A stretch of 64,000 nt of DNA from contig NC_043012.1 of NCBI RefSeq assembly GCF_006345805.1, positions 48,298,001 through 48,362,000 on the forward strand. The letters are read 5' to 3'. The position numbers and the translations under genes were made by a program. This document shows positions 54,173 to 64,000 of the stretch, piece by piece (the first letter of the stretch is position 1; every line of letters begins with the position of its first letter). The notes beneath the pieces were generated by a model. That model saw nothing but the letters and a program-made list of their open reading frames with translations, made no database searches and was not told the origin of the DNA. The stretch comes from Octopus sinensis. Taxonomy: Eukaryota.

Positions 54173-54535
54173 TTGAGCGAAGCGGTCTTTGTCCCAGTGT
54201 AGTGAGAGAAGTCCGAAACGTGGTCCTTTGCTATTCGTAAGACCCGCAGAAGAGAAAGCAGGTCAACCCTCGACACCGAGAACATCGACAGATGGATGAA
54301 TGCGCATCCAGGCTCAGCGGTTGCGTAGGAAGTCGGGGACAAGGAACAGGAAGAAAGAGTGAGAGAAAGTTGGAGCGAAAGAGTACAACAGGGGTCGCCA
54401 CCACCCCCTGCCGGGGCCTCGTGGAGCTTTAGGTGTTTTCGCTCAATAAACACACAGAACGCCCGGTCTGGGAATCGAAGTTGCGATCCTCCGGCCGCGA
54501 GTCCGCTGCCCTAACCATTCGGCCATTGCGCCTCC
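54173..54535 (-). mobile_element. tRNA-derived SINE family C, full length
   Basis: Reverse-strand match to 6794-7160; both give the ORF text DLLSLLRVLRIAKDHVSD. Confidence 0.88.
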
Positions 54536-57500
54536 ATTGCTGCTGTTGTTGTTGTTGTTGTTGCTGCTGCTGCTGTTGCTGCTGTTGCGGTTGTTGTTGT
54601 TAAGACAAAATGATTTGAAATGATAGAGTCGTACTAAAAACAAAAATATTAAACACTGATGGAACGGAAAGCTAAATACAAAACCGAGTGGAAAGTTGAA
54701 AATTGTTTTAAAATATATAAATTGGATGAATGAAGAATACGTAAATATAAATTTATAATAAAGCAAGACATTCACGTAAATATTAAACTTCCATTTGCGT
54801 TGATCAAGTTACCCTCATCTCCCTGATAACATCTCGCTACTTCCCTCCGGCATTATTGTTCGCTTGAGATTCCAGAAATAGCGGATGAGGTTCTTTTGAG
54901 CTTTAGGCTGCTAAGTAATGGACCAGTCTTCTGGTTCATATAGATATTATATTTCGTAAAATCCCTCCAAAGTTTGTATTAGAATTCGGTCTTTTTCATG
55001 CTCTTTAAAATGTGATCTCATTTCTTCATCAATCCATGCTTCATTTGGAAATTCCGTACATGTGTTTTCTAAGAGTTTTCTTAGAACTTTGTAATTTATG
55101 CAAATGGCTGTGAATTACATTTCGTTCAGGTTGAATTTTAGTTTCACAGCATGGTTTTCCTTTCATATGATATAGGTATTTCTTCGGCGGGTATAATTGT
55201 TTCATTGTAGGTGTAACTAAATCGGATTTTTGCAGCTTTTTATCTTTTCTCTTGAAGGAAATCTACTTATTCTCCTCAACCACTGTTTGGTCTCCATCCG
55301 CATAAGTAGACAAGTTACTTCTGTCAGATTAGTACTAGTTTTTCTTTCTGTGGGGGGATCACTTTCCCTACCATGGAAAGTAATATATTCTGAGATGTTA
55401 GAATATATTACTAGTTAACTCCTGGAGTAATATAGTGGGCTGCTTCGCCACAGATTTCTCGCCTCGTACCTTTGTTAGGAAGGATTTTCTTGTAGTGTCT
55501 CTACCGAATCATACGTTCAAAGGTGGAATCAGTCACTTTTCCATAAAGTAGATATGATAGACTTTACAACAGTCCTATAGACAAACTAAATTATTTCGCT
55601 ATATAACTGACTAAACTCACTAACTGTCGGCGTAAACCGTTACTAAATTCATTTCATCTTACATTTTACTTTCTTAATCATGGGCCTGTTAATTTTTGTT
55701 GGTTTTTAATTATTTTTGATTACAGGAAAGGACTCTACGAAATGGATAAATTAGTGTTGTTAAACTATTCAGAGAAAACATTCCCTTGAGGAGGCCCTGA
55801 AGGACAGCCGTTAATCAGAGAAAAGGACTAGCTGGAGGTGTTAATGCGGGATTTGAGGAATTAGACAAAGCGCAGGTGCCGAGAGGAGAGCCTGATAGTT
55901 TGAGATGGCTTGATAAGTTATACTCGTCCTGAGAAGTAAAATGCATTGAAATAGCAATAGAAAAGACGGTAAGGACAAAAGCTCGTCTGTGGGCAAGAAA
56001 CTTCAATGCGTCTCGTACATCAGGGCAAGTCTCCGATGTTTGCAGCTGTAACAGCTACAAGGTCCCAGATATGGCAGGGCAGTATTTCATTGTTGCATAT
56101 TCAGTTGGTAATCTAACAAGTTAAATTGTCAGTCGATATCTGAAAATGAAGTCTGTTTATCATTTTTCTGTCCGCACGCTATAACACCTCTTCCGACGAT
56201 ATTATCTTTCATTATCTTAGAGCAATGGAAGAAATAACGGAAAAGAAAAAATCAAGATTAGTGAAGATATAGAGATGTACGATGTATACACAAATTAAGA
56301 AGATTGCTACAAAGAAGCTTTCTGGTGGAACTTTCGAAAGAGAAAACTGAAATAAACACTAAGAAATATATTGAAAAATATATTTCAATGGAAAAAAATG
56401 TATATAAAGAAAAAAAAATCATTTCATCCGAAATTTAAAATAGAAACAAAACTAACGTGAGATAAACTTGACAAGAATTACAGAAAAAAATACTTTCAAA
56501 AGAGGTGCAACTTGAAAAATAAAATGATCAATGAAAAACTTAGTGAACTGTGACATTAAGAGAAAAAATGTGCTATGTATAGACAATGTAAATATAATTT
56601 GCTCCTTAAAAATTATCTTCAGTTGAATCTATTGTTTTTTAAGTAAAGTGAAATGAATCAAATTGTGTCTTTGATATTCGTTTATTGTTTTTGAAGAATG
56701 GTTCTATGATTATCAACACTTTTCTGTTTATACTTTTTGGGTGTAAAGCAGTTGATTTCTCACTAAATAAAGGTTTAAAAAATCTGAAGATATGATCGGG
56801 AATAGCACAAAGTTCTTTGCATTACATCCTGATCAAATACCAAATATTTTTTTCTCACATTGATAATATAAATACCAGTAATGTGTTGTAGTCGACTCAA
56901 TTAGATATACATCTTCTATCTTTTGATTGTTAGAGATTGATTTAAAACTGTTTAATGAAGGCCATTCGGCACTTTTCTATTGATTCATGACCGTATCTAG
57001 CTTCCTTACCGCCACCAGTTACCTTGCGAATGTTAAAAACCAAATTGCTAGAAATAACAGGCAAATATCTCTCAAACATCACCGTAAAGTTAAAATGGAA
57101 ATACATTGGATAAATATAAGTGCTGGTGCTGTTACTCGTAACCGATAATGCTTTAGTAAAATCCTGTTGTTAACTTCCGTATCGCTTTAGGTGCTTCTGT
57201 AACCGCCTGGATATAGAGGTAAGCATTAGACTTTGTCGCCCTTGATCCAGTGAAACAGTTAAGATCTGATAGTTGGAGAATCGGAGGCCTGCAACAGTAC
57301 AGAGGGAAAATTTGATGATCATAAATGTAATGATTTTCATGAAAAGATCGTTTTGTCATAGTGGACATCCATTTAAACAATAACAACGTCGCGTGCCTTG
57401 ATCTAGTGTGTTTCTTGACCACATAGAAAGAGTAACTTGCGACAACTCATGTGTCCCCTATTTTAGAGCACAATGGCGTTACAAGTTATGTAATGCAAAA

Positions 57501-57820
57501 ATAAAATGTATAATTATGTGAATCATGTACGGCTCTATAATTGTATGTTTCAGAGGTTGGCTCCATCATCACAAAGACTAGTGAGTGATTCAGTTCAAGC
57601 AACCATTGAAAACTGATTTTGCTTTGGCCTCAAATTGACCAATGATTTGGGGGCGGAATGGAGCAGTTAGGAAATTTGAAACTATTCGTATATGTGTTTG
57701 AAAATTTTTTTTTTGCAAACATGTTTATATTTATCGTCGAAGTATAAAGGCGTCAAAGATGGCGCTATCAACAACGAAGCAGAGAAACCAGTGCCTCAGA
57801 GTTAAAAACTCTTGATTCTT

Positions 57821-57963
<143 letters not shown>

Positions 57964-58049
57964 CAGGCAGATAGGCAGGCAGGCAGTCACATGGTTAAAT
58001 TCAAATCTTTCTGTTATTCTCGAAGTTATTCACAGTCAGTTTCCAGCGA

Positions 58050-58365
58050 TTTCGATGGTTTTAGGAGCGGTGCATAACGAATTTCATGTCATGTCACTTC
58101 ATTTTTTCGCAGTGTCGTAGGATTAATGCTGTTAGAAATGTCGAGGTGCATAGAGACAGTTGTTATACCCTGGATGGACGAAGTATGCAGTGGAAAGCCG
58201 TACATGTTGCAACAAAACTCAACACATTCTCGTAAAGCCAACGTAGTCCAAGAATGGTTGTGAGACAATATTTGCGATCATGCAGCACCAAATTTGTGGC
58301 CTCCAAACTCACCAGACTTAAATCTCACTACATCTGGTGCGTTGTTAAAATGGATATTAATTGAC
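58050..58365 (+). mobile_element. Decayed Tc1/mariner-superfamily transposase, maT/DD37D-like
   Basis: MVLGAV...ETVVIPWMDEVCSGKPYMLQQNSTHSRKANVVQEWL*...LWPPNSPDLN. Confidence 0.8.
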
Positions 58366-59629
58366 AATACAATTATCCAAGAACACAAATTCTATTAAAA
58401 TGCATTTGGTTGTTGCAAGATTTCTTTTGTTATATAAAATTATCAAAAATATCCACAAACACCTCTCACATCTAATATATTCCTAATCAAATGAAACAAA
58501 CATGATGCGGGGTAGTAATGTCGTATCCTCTTAATTTTGTGTTTGGTGTGGTTAAAATGACTGATTTTGTCACAAATATGTCCAATTCAACAATCATGTT
58601 AGTGTAATTTTAGCTTTTTACTCATTATAGTAGTCTATAATTATAAACTGATATCGAGTACATTACACAAAATATTAACGTTTACTGTGAGAAGTGAACT
58701 GTGACATTCTGAGTCGATTTCTTCCTCCATTGAGAAAAGATAATGAGTATTTTTGCCGACGCAATCCATAAATAGTTTCCTTGGATTATAGCATTTTCCT
58801 TAGCATTAGTTTTCTATGTCTTTCCAAAGTTATCCTGACAGGAAACTCTGCGAACCGGTATATAATTATATTGACATCTTATGTTGTAATTTCCTGTACA
58901 TCTTTGTCGCTACTATTGTTAAGATAACTATCCACCAAAAATACCATTGACACAATATTGTCTTGGTAACTTCTCTCAATATGTGGACGAATTACTATAC
59001 TACACCTCCTATGTAACTAAAAATAAATATTTAGATATGTGTATGAAAATGAGCGAAAACGTCTTAGTATGTCTATATATATATTATTAACGTATGTATG
59101 CAAATATCTGCTGAAAATGCCATCATTATCATCTTCGCATCCATTTTTCTTGTACAGCTTAACAAGACTTGAAACGGATACGATGATGACATATTTGCAT
59201 CATGTCTTGACTTTCAAACAGTTTTGTTTGTCATTTTTCTTATAGAATTAATGTCTTATTGTTGAGACAACAGTAATAATGTTTACATTCATCACTGAAG
59301 GGAAACATATGAGAAGAAAATTTTCCGAGTGGTTAAAGTGAAGCAATAACTTTGCCAATTTTTAACATATATTTCAAGCATGTGGTAGTTGTTGATGTGT
59401 ACATATACGCGAGTGTCTAGTTAAATAGACATGTATGTACTTATTTGCATATATCCATACACATGATTGTGTATATGCACATATACACACATATATGTGT
59501 GTCTGTGCATGTGTGTGTACATATATATATGTATATACATAATATATATAGTAAATATACATATATATATGTATTATATAAATATATATATATATTATTA
59601 TTATTAATAGTAGTAGTAGTAGTAGTAGC

Positions 59630-59669
<40 letters not shown>

Positions 59670-60671
59670 TTATCATACATATATAGATATATTCGCACGT
59701 TCTCTTGTACTAAATGGGATGCAAGGGAATATTTTTTAAAGAAATAAACAAGTATGTCAACATAAAAACAAGCAAAAAGTAAAAAATTAAAAACAAGGTG
59801 TTGATAAAATATAAAAATTTACTTATATATATATATATGTTTGCATACACATACACACAGACACACACATACGCACACATACACACACATATATACATAT
59901 ACATACATATATATTATATATATATATATATAATATAATATAATATATATATGTGTGTGTGCGTGTGTGTGTGTGTATGTATATAGGAATGCGTGTGTGT
60001 GCCAGTAATACGATGAAGAATAATAGCAAAATCTAAAGTAGAACAGAAACATATTTAACTTCATAATTCTTAAAGAGAATATAATTGGTTTAGACAATTC
60101 AATAGGAAACAAAAACCCAAGAGATAAATTTCTATTCAATTTTATTATTTTACATTTTTATTTTCATTCTGAAAACTATTATTTTCACGTGACACCTTTT
60201 ATTGCGGATAGTATTTCTTGGTTTTCATTTTGTCTCTTGTTTTTTTTTGTTTTTTTGTTTTTTTGTTTTTATTTTTATATTTACTCTCTTCCAGCTGTTG
60301 AAAGAATTATATGAATGAGTGTGTAAAAACAAAAACCAATATATACGTGTGTGTGTGTGTGTTGAAGCCATAAAGCTAAATTTCTTCCTAAAGTTCCACC
60401 ATTAGTTATCAGGGGAAAATGTCATACAGTGAACTTGGCATTAAAATATTGAAATGCTATGAACTGCAAGAAATAGAAGTGTTACCACCATAAATAATTA
60501 TTGTTTCTTACGGTGGCATTAAACATGGAGGGTTTTGAGGCTTTTTCCTTCAAAGGTTGTTTATTTGTTTTGTTTTTCTGTTGTGACATGGGAATCCCAG
60601 AGGTTTTGGCATTCTTGCTCTTATGAAAATCATTAACAACATTTAGGAATGGAAACACATGCTGCTGCTTC

Positions 60672-60941
<270 letters not shown>

Positions 60942-61229
60942 ATGCCCTGATGCGGTACCGGATAGTGGCTCTCACGACTTCTGATCTTAACTGATTGGAA
61001 GTGTTACCATGTACATTGTTTTGTCTTGATATAAAAAAAATTGGCTACAGCAAATATTCTGTTCAATACCGCAGATTTGCTTGTCAGTTGTTTGACCAGT
61101 TGGGCATGTCCCTTAGTGGCTGAGGATATGCCTGGTGTACCCTTTTCAGACGAGTAGTCACTATGGGTATACTGGTCTTCGCGTATTTTATCCCAGTGTC
61201 ACTTTGATAGCATACACTGCTCTCTCACT
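60942..61229 (+). mobile_element. Family D retroposon with the longest 5' end and a ~260-bp internal deletion
   Basis: Reverse complement of both ends of 25008-25547, joined near 61130; (TAA)n on both sides. Confidence 0.85.
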
Positions 61230-61236
61230 TATTATT

Positions 61237-61340
<104 letters not shown>

Positions 61341-61553
61341 CCTCTCTACTACCGGCACACGGCCTGAAATTTGGCGGAGGTGGATAATCGATTACATCGG
61401 CCCCAGTACTTAACTGGTACTTATTTTATCGACTTCTGAAGGATGAAAGGCAAAGTCGACCTCGGCGGAATTTTAATTCAGAACATAAAGACGAACAAAA
61501 TGCCGCTAAACAACTTGCCCATCGTGCTAATGATTCTGCCAGCTCACCGCCTT
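61341..61553 (-). mobile_element. SINE family B
   Basis: aggatgaaaggcaaagtcgacctcggcggaattt...ctgccagctcaccgcct. Confidence 0.85.
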
Positions 61554-61589
61554 AAAAATAATAACGACAACAACAACAACAGCGATAAT

Positions 61590-62049
61590 AAATCTCAACA
61601 ATGGCTGAGAAATTCAGGATTCAAAGCAGAAACTGAAGAATTTCTACTTCCAGCACAAGATCAAAGCCTTCCCACCAGAAATCACCAACACCGCGTAATG
61701 AAAAGAAATACAAGTAATTGCAGAATATATGGTGATGGACAAGGAACAATAAATCAAACTGTCTCTGGCTGCCCAGTCCTGGCTAAGAAGGAATATATTC
61801 ACAGAGACGATAGAGTTGGGACATATATACACTCGAAGCTATGCCAACACTGTGGAATAACAACAGAAAAAAAAGATGGTGTAGGCACACACCAGAAAAT
61901 GTCACAGAAAATGAGAAAGCAACCATACTGTGGGATATACAAATACACACAGATAGCGAAATTACGGCTAATAACTCGGATACAGTTGTCAGGGATCACT
62001 AAGAAAAAAATGGTTTCTAATCAATGTATCAATACCAACAGATGACAAT
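61590..62049 (+). mobile_element. R4/Dong-type LINE, same family as 25718-26430 (5' part of a split copy)
   Basis: KSQQWLRNSGFKAETE...AQDQSLPTRN...MKRNTSNCRIYGDGQ...GCPVLAKKEYIHR. Confidence 0.9.
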
Positions 62050-62053
62050 TATC

Positions 62054-62167
62054 TACATAATTTACATTTGACGGATATTTGTCCTCATCTTAGTTGTTGC
62101 TAATACATTTCGGCTGATATAGCCTCCGGCCTTCATCAGGTGTGTGTCTTGGGAAACATTCGAACCC
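62054..62167 (-). mobile_element. Second copy of the HHR tail module (HHR motif ~62100-62143)
   Basis: ACAC-CTGATGA-a-GGCCG...CAGCC-GAAA-TGTA, followed by the same aagatgaggacaaatatccgtcaaatgtaaat as 48933-49050. Confidence 0.8.
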
Positions 62168-62189
62168 AACAAACTAATAAGAATAATTT

Positions 62190-63160
62190 CTAAACATGAC
62201 CTTTACAAGAAAACAATGGATACATAGATTGAAATCGTCAAACAAAAGCTACAACTGAAAACCAAACAACTGGCAAAATATAAAAGAACAAAAAAAAAAC
62301 GCTCAGCATTCCATATACAAAACAGTTTGCAAGAAGAACAGAAAATATTCTACAGGGAACTGGGGGAAATACCTTTTTCTGACAACACCTCCTCCCCACC
62401 AGCAAACTGAAGATTTTTGGAAAAAACATTTGGAGTAATACAAAGGAGTTTAATCAGAATGCACATTGGGTCAGGGACACAGAAGAGGCCAATGACCACC
62501 TTAAATATCAAGAATAGCAGGATATAACAACTGTTGTTTCTGGCTGAAAAGGAATACCTAATAAGACTTGACAGACTAGGGCAATACATCCACTGGAATG
62601 CTTGTAAATACTACAAAATGAAATCCCATGATAAGTGGTACAGGCACCATCAAGAGGATGTAGTAAATGGAGAGAGCGTCACCATCTTTTGGAACTTCCC
62701 AATACAAATAGAGAGAAAAATTGACTCCAATCGACAAGACAGTGTGATCAAGGACTGCAACAGATGGACTTAATAGATATGTCTGTCCCACAAGATCAAA
62801 ATGTTTCAACAAAGGAATACGAAAATCTTTCTCACTGAAAAGATCTGCAAATTGAAATGACAGAAATGTGGAAGGTTGGTACTATGATAATACAAGTAGT
62901 AATCGGTGCATTAGGAATGATAAAGAACGGAGCTGAGAATTATATAAAGCAACTCCTTTGTAACTCCAATCTCCGGGAATTACAAAAGAGAACCTTGATG
63001 GATACAGCCCATCTACTAAGGAAAGCACTCTCTATCTAAAATGGAATAAATGTGGTGACGCATAGCAAAACAAAAGTGTCCTTGCTACTCTTGACCTCCG
63101 GAGGATGCCCGGTACTAAGGCAACTGAAACAAAGTTATAAAGAAAGGAAAGCATTTAAAA
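62190..63160 (+). mobile_element. Different R4/Dong-type LINE lacking its RT domain
   Basis: Pre-RT EDFWK-type segment joined near 62533 to LAEKEYLIRLDRLGQYIHW...KWYRH...VVIGALGMI...LQKRTLMDTAHLLRKALSI. Confidence 0.8.
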
Positions 63161-63185
63161 GAAGAAGAAGAGAAGAAGAAGAAGA

Positions 63186-63219
<34 letters not shown>

Positions 63220-63284
63220 CGATGATGATGATGACGATGATGATGATGGTGATGATGATGATGATGATGAGAAAATATGAAAAC

Positions 63285-63573
63285 ACAAATAGAGATAACT
63301 CGTATGTGGATCCTAAAAACAGAAACAAACCCTATAATAGGTGCGTTAGGTATACTTGAAAAAATTTATGACAAATACATAACAAAAACACCAGGACTTA
63401 CGAATGAGTATAACATACAGAAAATAGCACTACTAGGCACTGCACACATCCTACGTAAAACACTTTCAATACAGTGAAAATAAGAGTATCACAACAAACC
63501 ATAGCACATACCCAAGGGACAGAGCTGCGCTCGGTAGTGTAGTCAAAGCACGCGATAAAATAAGACCACCGAT
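63285..63573 (+). mobile_element. R4/Dong-type LINE 3' end and UTR (3' part of the split copy)
   Basis: IEITRMWILKTETNPIIGALG...IQKIALLGTAHILRKTLSIQ; the UTR matches 25718-25815 in reverse; ends in (TAA)n. Confidence 0.9.
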
Positions 63574-63598
63574 TAATAATAATAATAATAATAATAAT

Positions 63599-63634
<36 letters not shown>

Positions 63635-64000
63635 AATAATAATATAATAATAATAATAATAATAACAACAACAACAACACCAGCAGCAGTATTGGTGATG
63701 GTGGTGGTTATGGTGGTGGAGATAAGTATATTTTAAAGAAAAAGAGTAAAATGTGCGAATAAAGAAAGAATATTCCGTTTATCCGTTGTTGTTAATCTAG
63801 TGTTTGCAGATCCACTACCATGATTACTAACATTTTAAGTTTGTTTTGTTGTTTTTAATAATTTTATAGCATTTTTTTTTCGGAATTCGTAAATGTGTTG
63901 TGAAAATTTTGAAATAAAGAATTCAATACACACACACATGCACGCATATGCACTCACTTAGACACATACGCTCACACACAGAGAAAAAGACACAATGACA

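Noticed and set aside
55725-55975. Acceptor/donor-bounded segment as a coding exon
   Set aside because: Stop codons in all three frames.
61443-62045. 200-aa ORF as a gene
   Set aside because: Chance fusion of an antisense SINE, (AAC)n and a frameshifted LINE fragment.

Overview
Eukaryotic, AT-rich, repeat-saturated non-coding DNA (intronic or intergenic). The SINE families and microsatellite load suggest an octopus or other coleoid cephalopod genome; this is inference from pattern recognition, not a search. I see no intact protein-coding gene, and almost all listed ORFs are translations of microsatellites. The window holds: (i) four tRNA-derived SINE families (my labels A, B, C, E); (ii) a ~550-bp non-coding, non-tRNA retroposon found only in (TAA)n (family D); (iii) many decayed R4/Dong-type LINE fragments (restriction-like endonuclease), mostly in (TAA)n; (iv) decayed Tc1/mariner transposases and one hAT MITE with its TSD; (v) a Penelope-like GIY-YIG fragment. 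The most interesting signal is five type I hammerhead-ribozyme (HHR) motifs from about four unrelated small elements. One lies in a partial-tandem unit of 432 bp with an inverted end (retrozyme or Penelope pLTR-like). Another is the 3' module of an apparent tRNA-head + (AAT)n + HHR composite, a candidate Penelope-mobilised ribozyme SINE. All coordinates were read by eye; ends of decayed elements are approximate.
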